DNA of 64,000 nucleotides from contig PBCX01000004.1 in the NCBI GenBank assembly GCA_002718035.1, forward strand, positions 49,441 to 113,440. Reading direction: 5' to 3'. This document shows positions 39,768 to 50,279 of the stretch, in pieces. Under the pieces are notes generated by a model. It had not been told where the DNA came from, did not search any database, and saw only the letters and a program-made list of their open reading frames with translations. The translations under genes were made by a program, and so were the position numbers. Source of the stretch: Flavobacteriales bacterium (GTDB taxonomy: Bacteria; Bacteroidota; Bacteroidia; Flavobacteriales; TMED113). Positions within the stretch are counted from its first letter, which is position 1, and every line of letters starts with the position of its first letter.

Positions 39768-41114
39768 ATGAAAGTTCATTTTATAGCAATTGGTGGAAGT
39801 ATAATGCATAGTTTGGCAATATCATTAAAAAGAAAAGGATATTTTGTTTCAGGTTCTGATGATAAGTTTTTCAATCCCTCTAAAGATAATTTAGAAAGAG
39901 AAGGTCTTCTATTTAAAGAAGGTTGGTGCCCCAATAAAATATCTAAAGATTTAGATTTTATAATATTAGGAATGCATGCCCAAAAAGATAATCCTGAGTT
40001 AATTGAGGCACAAAGAAAAAAAATAATTATTTACTCTTTTCCAGAGTATATTTCATTACAATCTATAAATAAAAAAAGAATAGTCATAGCTGGTAGTCAC
40101 GGAAAAACTACAATTACCTCAATGATTATGCATGTTTTTAAAGATAAAGGAATCAAATTTGATTATGTGGTAGGCGCAAAAGTTGATGGTTTTGTTGACC
40201 AAGTAAAATTATCAGATAATGACTTAATTATAATTGAGGGCGATGAATATTTATCTTCAAAAATTGATAAAAAACCAAAATTCTTACATTACAAACCTCA
40301 TTATTTGGTTTTATCTGGTATTTCATGGGATCATATTAATGTGTTTCCAACTTTTGAAAAATATTGTGATGCTTTTGTTAAGTTATTAAAATCCGTTAAA
40401 GAAAAATGCAAAGTCATCTATAATAATGAAGATAAAATATTGCATAAATTAATTAATAATTCTTCTGGTTTAAATTTTTCATATAAAATGCCACAATATA
40501 TGATTAAAGAGGGTAAATATCTAATCAAAGAAAAAAATGAAGAATATAAATTGTCTGTTTTTGGAAACCATAATTTACTTAATATAGAAGCTACAAGATC
40601 CGTATGTAATGAATTTAAAATAACAAGTGATTTTACTTTCAAATCATTGAGAAATTATAAGGGAGCAAAAAACAGATTAGAATTAGTTAAATCATTAAAA
40701 TTTAATTCAAATATTTATCGTGATTTTGCACATTCTCCATCAAAAGTTAATGCATCGATTAATGCTGTAAAAGATCTTTTTCCTTTGAGTTTATTAATAT
40801 CTTGTTTTGAATTACATACATATAGTACCTTAAATATTAATTTCTTCAAACAGTACAAACATGTATTTAAAAATGCTGATTTTGTTTGGTTATTTTATTC
40901 AGCTGATGAATTAAAAAGAAAAAATATTAATAATATTTCAAAAGAAATTTTATTAAAAATTATTGATCATAAAAGAGTAAAAGTTTTTGATTGTACTGAT
41001 AAACTAGCTAAAAAAATTAAAGAAACTAAATGGTCAAATACAAATTTACTTTTAATGAGCTCTGGAAATTTTCAAGAACTTAACTTTCACAGAATTACCC
41101 ATTCATTGAAATAA
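39768..41114 (+). CDS. mpl: Mur-ligase family protein, Mpl-like (UDP-MurNAc:tripeptide ligase)
   Basis: I place the start at the ATG giving [17 protein letters not shown] (a typical Mpl/MurC N-terminus). The P-loop GSHGKTT is present. The ORF-track start at 39681 would overlap the divergent MBL gene. Confidence 0.8.
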   Translation: MKVHFIAIGGSIMHSLAISLKRKGYFVSGSDDKFFNPSKDNLEREGLLFKEGWCPNKISKDLDFIILGMHAQKDNPELIEAQRKKIIIYSFPEYISLQSINKKRIVIAGSHGKTTITSMIMHVFKDKGIKFDYVVGAKVDGFVDQVKLSDNDLIIIEGDEYLSSKIDKKPKFLHYKPHYLVLSGISWDHINVFPTFEKYCDAFVKLLKSVKEKCKVIYNNEDKILHKLINNSSGLNFSYKMPQYMIKEGKYLIKEKNEEYKLSVFGNHNLLNIEATRSVCNEFKITSDFTFKSLRNYKGAKNRLELVKSLKFNSNIYRDFAHSPSKVNASINAVKDLFPLSLLISCFELHTYSTLNINFFKQYKHVFKNADFVWLFYSADELKRKNINNISKEILLKIIDHKRVKVFDCTDKLAKKIKETKWSNTNLLLMSSGNFQELNFHRITHSLK

Positions 41115-42528
41115 GAAACTCATCATTATTTTGCGTTTTACTAATTCTGTCTTTTATAAATTCCATTGCTTCAAGTGGTTTCATATCATTCAAATACTTT
41201 CTTAATATCCATATTCTTTGTAATGATTCTTTGCTTATAAGTAGATCTTCTCTTCTTGTTCCTGAATTTACTAAATCAATAGCAGGGTAAATTCTTCTAT
41301 TAGCAATATTTCTATCTAATTGAAGCTCCATATTTCCAGTTCCTTTAAATTCTTCAAAAATCACATCATCCATTTTAGATCCTGTTTCAACTAAAGCTGT
41401 TGCAATTATTGTTAATGAACCACCATTTTCAATATTTCTAGCAGATCCGAAAAATCTTTTAGGTTTATGTAAAGCATTTGCATCAATACCTCCTGATAAA
41501 ACTTTTCCTGTAGCAGGAGCAACTGTATTATAAGCTCTTGCTAATCTAGTAATAGAGTCTAATAAAATAACCACATCGTGACCACATTCTACTAACCTTT
41601 TAGCTTTCGCTAAAACAATATTTGCAACTTTTACATGCCTTTCAGCAGGCTCATCAAATGTAGATGCAATAACTTCTCCTTTTACGGATCTTGCCATGTC
41701 AGTTACTTCTTCAGGTCTTTCATCAATTAATAGAACAATTTGGTAAACTTCCGGATGAGAGGCAGTTATAGCATTTGCTAATTCTTTTAATAAAATAGTT
41801 TTTCCTGTTTTTGGTTGAGCTACAATTAATCCTCTTTGACCTTTGCCAATAGGAGCAAATAGGTCTATTAACCTAGTGGAAATAGTATTGCTTTCTTTTG
41901 CTAATTGAAATTTTTCCTCTGGAAATAGAGGGGTTTTGTGTTTAAATGAAACTCGGTCTCTAATATCTCTAGGATCAAGGTTGTTTATTTTTTCAACTTT
42001 TACTAAAGGAAAATATTTTTCACCTTCTTTAGGAGGTCTAAGTTGACCGCATACAGTATCCCCTGTTTTTAAACCAAAAAGTTTTATTTGAGATTGAGAA
42101 ACATAAATATCATCAGGTGAATTCAAATAATTATAATCAGATGAACGAATAAATCCATATCCGTCTGGCATTACTTCTAAAACACCCTCTCCAAAAACAT
42201 TTCCATCAAGATCATATTCCTTTCTTCTAAAATTTTGATGATTTATATTTTGAATTTTATTATCATCACTTGTTTTATTTGTATTTTTATAAGTCTTTCT
42301 CTGAAACTTTTCTCTTTTGTTGTTCAATTCAATAGAATCATTTTTTTTCACTTTAGAATCATTTTTGTTCTCTTTAGAATCATTTTTTTTATCGATTGAT
42401 TGTTTGTCAAGAATCTCATAAATAAGATCAGTTTTTTTTAATTTTTTAAAATTTGAAATGTTTAAATTCTCTGAGATTTCTTGTAATTCAGGAAGTAATT
42501 TCTTTTTTAGTTGTGATATGTCATACAT
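41095..42528 (-). CDS. rho: transcription termination factor Rho with an extended N-terminal insertion
   Basis: 477 aa. It has the RNA-binding domain [15 protein letters not shown] and the ATPase core [15 protein letters not shown] and [14 protein letters not shown]-rich insertion of about 65 aa sits between the N-terminal helix bundle and the cold-shock-like domain. Confidence 0.95.
   Translation of the reverse strand: MYDISQLKKKLLPELQEISENLNISNFKKLKKTDLIYEILDKQSIDKKNDSKENKNDSKVKKNDSIELNNKREKFQRKTYKNTNKTSDDNKIQNINHQNFRRKEYDLDGNVFGEGVLEVMPDGYGFIRSSDYNYLNSPDDIYVSQSQIKLFGLKTGDTVCGQLRPPKEGEKYFPLVKVEKINNLDPRDIRDRVSFKHKTPLFPEEKFQLAKESNTISTRLIDLFAPIGKGQRGLIVAQPKTGKTILLKELANAITASHPEVYQIVLLIDERPEEVTDMARSVKGEVIASTFDEPAERHVKVANIVLAKAKRLVECGHDVVILLDSITRLARAYNTVAPATGKVLSGGIDANALHKPKRFFGSARNIENGGSLTIIATALVETGSKMDDVIFEEFKGTGNMELQLDRNIANRRIYPAIDLVNSGTRREDLLISKESLQRIWILRKYLNDMKPLEAMEFIKDRISKTQNNDEFLISMNG
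42325..42387 (-). repeat. 3 x 21-bp imperfect tandem repeat inside the rho insertion
   Basis: Sense-strand units are AAAAATGATTCTAAAGAGAAC, AAAAATGATTCTAAAGTGAAA and AAAAATGATTCTATTGAATTG. They encode [14 protein letters not shown] and KNDSIEL. Confidence 0.85.
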
Positions 42529-42681
42529 ATGTGATAAAATTTAATTTTAAATATCAAGGAATTTTTAAAAGGAAGCATAAGTCATAAAAACAAATGCGTC
42601 ACAATGTTACAACAAATATTATGATTTACAACATTATATCTAAAAAAATTCATAATTTAAAATTCATTTAATTTTTATTCT

Positions 42682-43125
42682 ATGCTACAAAGAATTCAGT
42701 CTATTTATCTTTTCGTTGTTTTTATGTGTTATTTTTCATACTCTTATTTTGGTTTTGAATATTATAAAAAAGGATATAATTTGATAAATATAAATTTTGA
42801 TTTTATTTTCAATTTATCATCCTATATTCCTTATTTAATAAGTATTATATGTTTGGTTTCAATTTTTTTATTCAAAAAGAGAATTTTGCAAATTAAACTT
42901 GTTTATTCATGTATTTATTTAAGTTCATACATGGTTATATTTTCTGGTTTTTACTTTTATCTTTCTTTAAATGATTTAATTGAAATAATGCCCTCAAATA
43001 CTTTTAAAATTTTACTTTACGCAGCCATGATTAATCCTTTTTTTTCAACATACTTTTTATCATTAGCTTTAAACTCTATTAAAAATGATGAAAAACTTGT
43101 TAGAGGTGAGGGTTTAATTAGATAG
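42682..43125 (+). CDS. DUF4293-like polytopic membrane protein
   Basis: 147 aa. The N-terminus MLQRIQSIYLF and about 4 TM segments are present. Its position divergent from rho is typical in Flavobacteriia. Confidence 0.7.
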   Translation: MLQRIQSIYLFVVFMCYFSYSYFGFEYYKKGYNLININFDFIFNLSSYIPYLISIICLVSIFLFKKRILQIKLVYSCIYLSSYMVIFSGFYFYLSLNDLIEIMPSNTFKILLYAAMINPFFSTYFLSLALNSIKNDEKLVRGEGLIR

Positions 43126-43618
43126 TTTTTCTTTTTATTTCAATAATATTCAGATCAAATATTTTTTCATTTTCAATTTTTAATGTAACCATGGTACGTA
43201 CTTTATGAATTCCATGTTTGCCTATAGCACCTGGGTTTATATGTAAGAAGTTAAATTTTTTATTGTACATTATTTTTAATATGTGTGAATGCCCGCATAT
43301 AAATATATTAGGTCTATATTTATTTAATAAATTAATTGTTTTAAAATTATATTTATTCAATTGACCTGAAATATGAGTAATTAGAATCTTACAATTTTCA
43401 CAATTAAAAAATAAATATTCTGTAAATTCATTTCTTATTTTATGGTCATCAATATTTCCATAAACTGCCTTTAATTTAGAATGTTTTTTTATTTCATTTG
43501 TTACTTCGATACTACCTATATCTCCTGCATGCCAAACTTCATCACTTTGGATAAAGTATTTTTTCATGTTGTTGTCAAAAAAACTGTGAGTATCAGAAAT
43601 TATACAAATTTTTTTCAT
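43118..43618 (-). CDS. YfcE/MJ0936-type metallophosphoesterase
   Basis: 166 aa with motifs ISDTHS, HAGD, GNID and GHSH. Confidence 0.85.
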   Translation of the reverse strand: MKKICIISDTHSFFDNNMKKYFIQSDEVWHAGDIGSIEVTNEIKKHSKLKAVYGNIDDHKIRNEFTEYLFFNCENCKILITHISGQLNKYNFKTINLLNKYRPNIFICGHSHILKIMYNKKFNFLHINPGAIGKHGIHKVRTMVTLKIENEKIFDLNIIEIKRKTI

Positions 43619-43674
43619 GTATTTAAGCTAAATACACAAATCTAATTTATATTTTTAGGTTTACTATAATATTA

Positions 43675-44433
43675 ATGCAAAGATATCTATTAGAAATTAC
43701 TTATGATGGGGCAAATTATTTTGGTTGGCAAATTCAGCCGAATCAAAGAACAATTCAAGGTGAAATAATAAAAAAAATTTCAACTTTATTAAATCAAAAA
43801 ATTAATTTAATTGGATGTGGAAGAACTGATGCAGGTGTTCATGCAATTAAGTATTTTGCACATTTTGATAGTGATATTGAAATAGATTTTGAGAATTTTT
43901 TATTTAGGATAAATAATTTTTTAAATAATGACATTTCTATTAATCGTATATACAAAGTTCATAAAAATTTTCATGTTAGATTTTCTGCTAACTTAAGAAC
44001 GTATGAATATTATATTTCCTGTAAAAAAGACCCCTTTTTACATAAAATATCTTTTCCATTTTTTAAAGATTTAGATTTAAAATTATTAAATACAGGATCA
44101 AATTTTTTTATCGGTAAAAAGGATTTCTCTTCTTTTTGTAAATCTAGCTCTGATGTAAATAATAAAATTTGTATTGTTACTGAAGCATTTTGGATTAAAA
44201 AAAACAATATGTTTATTTTTAGAATAACAGCAAATAGATTCCTACATAATATGGTTCGATCAATTACTGGAACTATAATTGATTTTGCTTTAAAAAAAAT
44301 CAGCTCTCATGAATTACAAAAAATTTTTAATTCAAAAAAAAGAAAAAATTCTGGACTTTCAGTTCCGGCTAAAGGTCTATATTTAATTAATGTTGAATAT
44401 CCTAAAAATAGTTTTAGTGAAAAAAATATTTGA
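43675..44433 (+). CDS. truA: tRNA pseudouridine(38-40) synthase
   Basis: 252 aa. Motifs YDGANYFGWQIQPN and the catalytic GCGRTDAGVHA are present. Confidence 0.93.
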   Translation: MQRYLLEITYDGANYFGWQIQPNQRTIQGEIIKKISTLLNQKINLIGCGRTDAGVHAIKYFAHFDSDIEIDFENFLFRINNFLNNDISINRIYKVHKNFHVRFSANLRTYEYYISCKKDPFLHKISFPFFKDLDLKLLNTGSNFFIGKKDFSSFCKSSSDVNNKICIVTEAFWIKKNNMFIFRITANRFLHNMVRSITGTIIDFALKKISSHELQKIFNSKKRKNSGLSVPAKGLYLINVEYPKNSFSEKNI

Positions 44434-46216
44434 TTTAGAAAATTTCAATAAGTCATTAGTATTTATTCGTCCGTATTTAGTTGTTGTTTTGTTAACAGTT
44501 TTATCATCTGTTTTATTTTCTTTATTTTCTGCCGCAAGACCTATTTTGATTCAGTTAGCAGTTGATAAATATATTTCGCCCAACTCCAATTCAGTTGATA
44601 GTTTAACTGGCCTTTTAATAAATAATTTAAATTTTTCATTTTCATTATTTATGTTAATGATTTTTATTTTCTTAATTATTGAATCAGTTTTTCAATTTTT
44701 TTTTATTTATAAATCTAATCATATATCTCAGTTGGTAATTAAAGATATTAGAAGTGATCTCTTTAAAAAAATATTAAATTTCAAAATTTCATATTTTGAT
44801 AGTAATCCAATTGGAAGAACCGTAACAAGAGTTATTTCAGACATAGAAGCTATTGGTGCAATGTTTTCTCAGGGAATATTAAGTGTTTTTGGAGATCTTT
44901 TCAAGATTATAATTATTGTTTTGTGGATGTTGTTTAGTAATTGGAAACTCGCACTATTGGGTTTATCTTTTTTTCCATTATTAATTTTTTCAACTATGGT
45001 ATTTCAAAGGTTAATGAAAAAAACTTTTGAAGAGATTAGAACATCTATATCTAAATTAAACGTATTTGTATATGAACATATAACTGGAATGCATATTGTT
45101 AAAATGTTCAACCAAGAACATCAAGAGCTTAAAAAGTTTAAAAAAATTAATAAACAGTATACTTTGAATAATATTGATTCAGTTTTATATTTTTCAATTT
45201 TTTTGCCAGTTATTGATATTTTTTCGGCTGTATCTATGGGTCTTATTGTATGGTTTGGAGGTGTAATAATAATGGATGATTTAAATTCAATAAATAATAT
45301 AGCTAATACATCATTGGGTCAAATAATTTCATTTATTCTTTTAATTAATATGTTGTTTAGACCTTTAAGATCTTTGGCAGATAAGTTTAATACTCTTCAA
45401 ATGGGAACAGTTGCTGCTTCTAGAGTTTTTAAATTAATTAATAAAAAAAACATGCATGAACAAAGTCTTGGTGTTAATGATATTGAATTGTATAAAGGTG
45501 ATATTTTATTTAAAGATTTGTCTTTTTCATACAAATTAGGTGAAATTGTCTTGGATGATGTTAATCTTGAAATAAAATCTGGGGAAACTATTGCAATTGT
45601 TGGGCCGACAGGTTCAGGTAAAACAACTTTAATTAATTTAATTACTAGATTTTATACAATAAAAAATGGTAATATTTTCATTGGTAATACTGATATAAAT
45701 AAATTAGAATTGAATACACTAAGAAATAATATTGGTCTAATTTTACAAGATACTTTTTTGTTTTCAGATACTATTTATAATAATATCACATTTTACAATA
45801 AAAAGAGTAAAGAAGAAATTAATGAATTAATTCAAAAAATGGGATTAATGTGTTTCATTAACTCTTTTCCTGATGGTTTAGATCATCAAATTGGTGAAAG
45901 AGGAATTTTTCTTTCAATGGGTCAGAGGCAGTTAATTTCATTTATAAGAACGTATGTTTCTAGTGCTCCGATTTTAATTTTAGATGAAGCAACTTCCTCA
46001 ATGGATTCAGAAACAGAAAGTTTAATTAAAAAAGCGATAAATTTTTTAACAAGAAACAAAACATCAATAATAATTGCTCACAGACTTTCAACAATCAAAA
46101 ATGCGGATAAAATCATTTTCTTAAAGGAGGGGAGAGTAATGGAAAAAGGTACCCATGAAGAACTGATAAAATTAAAAGGTTTTTATTGGAATTATTATAA
46201 AACTCAACTAGTTTAA
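44390..46216 (+). CDS. ABC transporter, fused permease/ATPase (MsbA-like exporter)
   Basis: 608 aa. It has a six-TM domain followed by an NBD with GPTGSGKTT, LSMGQRQ and ILILDEATS. The start is uncertain: the ATG at 44390 overlaps truA by 44 nt, and an in-frame GTG at 44417 is an alternative. Confidence 0.88.
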   Translation: MLNILKIVLVKKIFDLENFNKSLVFIRPYLVVVLLTVLSSVLFSLFSAARPILIQLAVDKYISPNSNSVDSLTGLLINNLNFSFSLFMLMIFIFLIIESVFQFFFIYKSNHISQLVIKDIRSDLFKKILNFKISYFDSNPIGRTVTRVISDIEAIGAMFSQGILSVFGDLFKIIIIVLWMLFSNWKLALLGLSFFPLLIFSTMVFQRLMKKTFEEIRTSISKLNVFVYEHITGMHIVKMFNQEHQELKKFKKINKQYTLNNIDSVLYFSIFLPVIDIFSAVSMGLIVWFGGVIIMDDLNSINNIANTSLGQIISFILLINMLFRPLRSLADKFNTLQMGTVAASRVFKLINKKNMHEQSLGVNDIELYKGDILFKDLSFSYKLGEIVLDDVNLEIKSGETIAIVGPTGSGKTTLINLITRFYTIKNGNIFIGNTDINKLELNTLRNNIGLILQDTFLFSDTIYNNITFYNKKSKEEINELIQKMGLMCFINSFPDGLDHQIGERGIFLSMGQRQLISFIRTYVSSAPILILDEATSSMDSETESLIKKAINFLTRNKTSIIIAHRLSTIKNADKIIFLKEGRVMEKGTHEELIKLKGFYWNYYKTQLV

Positions 46217-48958
46217 ATATTTATTTAACGCTATTGCCGTATGAGTTTTTTTGCTCACCATATTTTCTGGTTTGCCCTCATAAATTATTTTCCCTCCATC
46301 TTTACCCCCCTCAGGCCCCATTTCAATAATCCAATCTGAAGATTTAATAATCTCCATATTATGTTCAATAATAATTATTGTATTATTTCCCTTTAATATA
46401 TCATTAAAAGATTTTAATAATTTATTTATGTCGTGGACATGTAAGCCTGTTGTTGGTTCATCAAATACAATAATCGTATTCTCTATTTTTTTATTTAAGA
46501 AATAACCAAGCTTTAATCTCTGAGCTTCCCCTCCGCTTAAAGAACTAAGACTTTGTCCTAGCTTTATGTATCCTAATCCAACATTTTTTAGTGTTTGTAG
46601 GTATTTTAAAATACTCTTATTATCATTTATCTTAAAAAAATTATATGAGGTGTCCACGGTCATATTTAGAACATCGTAGATATTTTTTTCTTTATATTTG
46701 ATCTTGAGGATTTCTTCTTTATATCTTTTTCCGTTACAGTCTTCGCACTTAATTTTAATGTCAGCCATAAATTGCATGTCAACAGAAATATGTCCATCTC
46801 CTTTACATTTATCACATCTTCCACCATCTACATTAAATGAAAAATATTTAGGGGTGATTTTTTTCAATTTTGCTATTTTTTGATTTGAAAACAACTTTCT
46901 GATTTCATCAAAACCTTTTAAGTATGTAATTAAATTAGATCTACTTGATTTTCCAATCGCATTTTGTTGTACGTATTCAATATTTTTAATTTTATTTATA
47001 TCACAATTAATTAAACTTTTTTGATTGTTAAGGAATTTTTTAAATTCAGGAATAAATATATCCTTTAATAATGTACTTTTTCCGGAACCACTAACTCCTG
47101 TAATAGTTGTTAGAATATTTATGGGAAATCTTGCTTTAATATTTTTAATATTATTTTTTTCTCCACCATTTAAATAAATAAAATCTTTAGAAATTCTTCT
47201 TTTTTTAGGAACTGATATTTCTAAAATTTTATTAATATATTGCTTTGTCAAACTTAAATTTTTGATCTTTGAGTTTATATTACCAGAAAAAATAACTTTT
47301 CCTCCTAAATCTCCCCCTCCTAGACCCAAGTCAATAACATAGTCTGAAGATTTTATAATTTCTAAGTCGTGTTCAACAACTATTACTGTATTACCTAGAT
47401 TTTTAAGTTTTTTTAAGATTTCAATTAATTTAACGGTATCTCGTTCATGGAGACCAATACTAGGTTCATCTAGCACATAAAGGGTGTCAACTAATCCACC
47501 TCCGATTGATTTGGCTATATTAATTCTTTGAGACTCTCCCCCAGAAAGAGTATTAGATTTTCTATTAATTTGAAGATAACCTAAACCTAGTTCATTTAGT
47601 AATTTTAGTCTTGATTTAATTTCATTAAATATTTTACTTGCAATTTTTTCTTCGTTTTTTTTCAGATTAATTCTGCTAATAAATTTACTTAGATTTAAAA
47701 TGGTCATCTCAGAAAATTTTTGAATATTATAGCCTTGAAATTTTATATTTTCACTTATCTTTTTTAATCTTCCACCATTACATTCAGTACAAGTAGTTCT
47801 TCCTCTATATCTTGATAGCATAACTCTGTATTGTATTTTATAAGATTTATTTTCAACCATTTGAAAAAAATCTAAAATACCATTTAATTCGTGATCACCT
47901 TCCCAAATCAATTTTTTTTCTTTCACAGATAAATCACAGTATTTTTTATTAATAGAAATTTTTTTTTCTTTTGCTAACGAACATAATTTTTCTTTCCATT
48001 TTATTGTTGATGGATACTTCCATGGTATAATGGCATCATTAATTATACTAATTTCTTGGTTTGGTATTACCTTTGATTCTTCAATTCCTAGTACATCTCC
48101 ATAGCCCTGACAATTTTCACACGCTCCATAAGGGGAATTAAAATTAAAGGTATTTAAGTTTGGAGGATCAATTTCTTTTTCATTTAGTTCTAATTTTTTA
48201 TTAAATCTTTTAATTATTTCCCCTTTTTCATTTAAAATTTCACAAATACCACTTTCTGAGTTGAAGATTGTGTTGCATGATTCTTCAATATTTTCTTCAA
48301 AATATTTTTTTTTATTAACTACTTGTCTGTCAACAATTACATTAATTTTAGAACTATTGATAGAATTATAATTAACTTCTGTTATCTTCTTAATTATATT
48401 ATTAAATTTTATTCTAGAAAATCCTATTTTTTTTATTTTTTCTAATTTTTCTTTTGTTATGTCATTAATAGGAAAGGTTAATAATATTTTACTTCCTACT
48501 TTCATTTTTTTTAAGTAATTGATTACATCAGCAGTTGAGTTTTCTTTAATAGGGCTGTTTGTTATTGGGCAATAAATTTTACCTAGTTTTAAAAACAAAA
48601 TTTTTATGTAGTCATATAATTCGGAGGCAGTTCCAACTGTTGATTTCGGATTATTAATATTACTTTTTTGTTTAATTGAAATTGCTGGACAAATTCCCGT
48701 TATTTTTTTAACATCAGGTTTTTTATGTGTATTTAAAAACTGTTTAGCATATGTTGAAAGGCCTTCTAAATATCTTCTTTGACCTTCAGCAAAAATAGTA
48801 TCGTATGCTAAAGTTGATTTACCTGAACCACTAACTCCAGTAATTACAACAAGTTTATTTCTTGGAATAGTGACGCTAATATTTTTTAAGTTATTTAATT
48901 TAGCACCTTCTACAATTATATATTCTTGACTATTTTCGGGTTTTTTTTTATTTTTCAT
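46208..48958 (-). CDS. uvrA: UvrA-family excinuclease ABC subunit A (variant lacking zinc module 1 ligands)
   Basis: 916 aa. It has two ABC ATPase modules (GVSGSGKST twice; LSGGESQR and LSGGEAQR) and CxxC pairs for zinc modules 2 and 3 (CENC, CTEC, CDKC, CEDC). Confidence 0.88.
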   Translation of the reverse strand: MKNKKKPENSQEYIIVEGAKLNNLKNISVTIPRNKLVVITGVSGSGKSTLAYDTIFAEGQRRYLEGLSTYAKQFLNTHKKPDVKKITGICPAISIKQKSNINNPKSTVGTASELYDYIKILFLKLGKIYCPITNSPIKENSTADVINYLKKMKVGSKILLTFPINDITKEKLEKIKKIGFSRIKFNNIIKKITEVNYNSINSSKINVIVDRQVVNKKKYFEENIEESCNTIFNSESGICEILNEKGEIIKRFNKKLELNEKEIDPPNLNTFNFNSPYGACENCQGYGDVLGIEESKVIPNQEISIINDAIIPWKYPSTIKWKEKLCSLAKEKKISINKKYCDLSVKEKKLIWEGDHELNGILDFFQMVENKSYKIQYRVMLSRYRGRTTCTECNGGRLKKISENIKFQGYNIQKFSEMTILNLSKFISRINLKKNEEKIASKIFNEIKSRLKLLNELGLGYLQINRKSNTLSGGESQRINIAKSIGGGLVDTLYVLDEPSIGLHERDTVKLIEILKKLKNLGNTVIVVEHDLEIIKSSDYVIDLGLGGGDLGGKVIFSGNINSKIKNLSLTKQYINKILEISVPKKRRISKDFIYLNGGEKNNIKNIKARFPINILTTITGVSGSGKSTLLKDIFIPEFKKFLNNQKSLINCDINKIKNIEYVQQNAIGKSSRSNLITYLKGFDEIRKLFSNQKIAKLKKITPKYFSFNVDGGRCDKCKGDGHISVDMQFMADIKIKCEDCNGKRYKEEILKIKYKEKNIYDVLNMTVDTSYNFFKINDNKSILKYLQTLKNVGLGYIKLGQSLSSLSGGEAQRLKLGYFLNKKIENTIIVFDEPTTGLHVHDINKLLKSFNDILKGNNTIIIIEHNMEIIKSSDWIIEMGPEGGKDGGKIIYEGKPENMVSKKTHTAIALNKYLN

Positions 48959-49203
48959 CAGAGAAAATATTTATATATTTTTTCACCAATTAAATAACCT
49001 AGGCCTAGAAAAATAGGATATAACAAAAACAGCCAAATTATACTAATTATTTTTTCTTCTTTAAGTGCTTTATAAACACTCTCTTTTTCAATGATTGAGT
49101 TTATAAAATTATACCAATTATTAATACTTATATGATGGGTAATAACGTTAATAATTAATGCTATTGTTAAAATACTAAGACCAATAATATAAATTCTTAT
49201 CAT
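48958..49203 (-). CDS. small membrane protein, function unknown
   Basis: 81 aa with two clear TM helices. Its stop overlaps the uvrA start by 1 nt. Confidence 0.5.
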   Translation of the reverse strand: MIRIYIIGLSILTIALIINVITHHISINNWYNFINSIIEKESVYKALKEEKIISIIWLFLLYPIFLGLGYLIGEKIYKYFL

Positions 49204-49330
49204 AGTTGTAAATTTATTAATTTATTTGCTTTAAACATTTAAAGAATATTAATTTTCTTATATTTGTTGAAACAATTGCCTATAGAAACATATCTACTTA
49301 CGTAAAGAATATTAATTTAAAAGTATAGAT

Positions 49331-49918
49331 ATGTTTATTTCAAAAAATTTTAGTGATAAGGATTTAGTTATGTCCTTTATTAATGGAGATAATTCAGCAT
49401 TAGCTGCTCTGATAGATAAATACAGATCAAGAATTTTTGGTTTTATTATTTCAAAAGTGAAAAATAAGGAAGTCGCAGAAGATATTTTTCAAGAAACTTT
49501 CATTAAAGTAATAAATAATATTAAAAAAGGAAAATATAATGAGCAAGGAAAATTTATAGTTTGGGTTATGACTATAACTCATAATTTAATCATGGATTAT
49601 TTTAGAAAACAAAAAAAGAGAAAGTTTTTTAAATCTACTGATGATTTTAATGTTTTTGATTTTATAAAAAATGGAGAATTGAATGTTGAACAAAAATTAA
49701 TTAAGGAACAAGTTTTAAATCATTTAAAGATTTTAATTAATGAGTTACCTATTGAGCAAAAAGAAATTCTTCAAATGAGATATTATTCAAAAATGAGTTA
49801 TAAAGAAATTTCAGAGAACTGTGGAATTAGTATTAATACAGCTTTAGGAAGAATGAGATATGCAATTATAAATTTAAGAAAGATTATAAAAAGAAAAGGA
49901 GTGGTTCTGAGTCAATAA
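49331..49918 (+). CDS. ECF-type RNA polymerase sigma-70 family factor
   Basis: 195 aa. Region 2 (DIFQETFIKV...WVMTITHNLIMDYFRKQKK) and region 4 (LPIEQKEILQMRYYSKMSYKEISENCGISINTALGRMRYA) are present. Confidence 0.88.
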   Translation: MFISKNFSDKDLVMSFINGDNSALAALIDKYRSRIFGFIISKVKNKEVAEDIFQETFIKVINNIKKGKYNEQGKFIVWVMTITHNLIMDYFRKQKKRKFFKSTDDFNVFDFIKNGELNVEQKLIKEQVLNHLKILINELPIEQKEILQMRYYSKMSYKEISENCGISINTALGRMRYAIINLRKIIKRKGVVLSQ

Positions 49919-50071
49919 AAAAAATTAAATACTGACTTTAATATTTTTAAAATAGTCATTATATTTTATGTTTTTGTTAAATAGTTCTTGAAAAAGTATT
50001 TATTGAAAATTTAACATTTATAATTAATAATATATTTATTTAAAATACGTTATTAAAAAAAACATAATTGT

Positions 50072-50257
50072 ATGAATAAAAATTTTACTAAAAAGCAAAT
50101 TGACATATTAAATATATTTTTAAAGCAAGAGTTGAAATGTGTTGATGACCAAATTCTAATAAATAAAATATCAAATAAATCTTCTAAAAAATTTATTATA
50201 GATTATTCAAAATCATTAATGACTGTTGATAAATCATTTTTTTTTATTTTAAATTGA
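50072..50257 (+). CDS. hypothetical small protein
   Basis: 61-aa ORF with an ATG start. It has no TM segment and no family I recognise, and coding status is uncertain. Confidence 0.3.
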   Translation: MNKNFTKKQIDILNIFLKQELKCVDDQILINKISNKSSKKFIIDYSKSLMTVDKSFFFILN

Positions 50258-50279
50258 TTAATTCATTAAAATAAGCATA

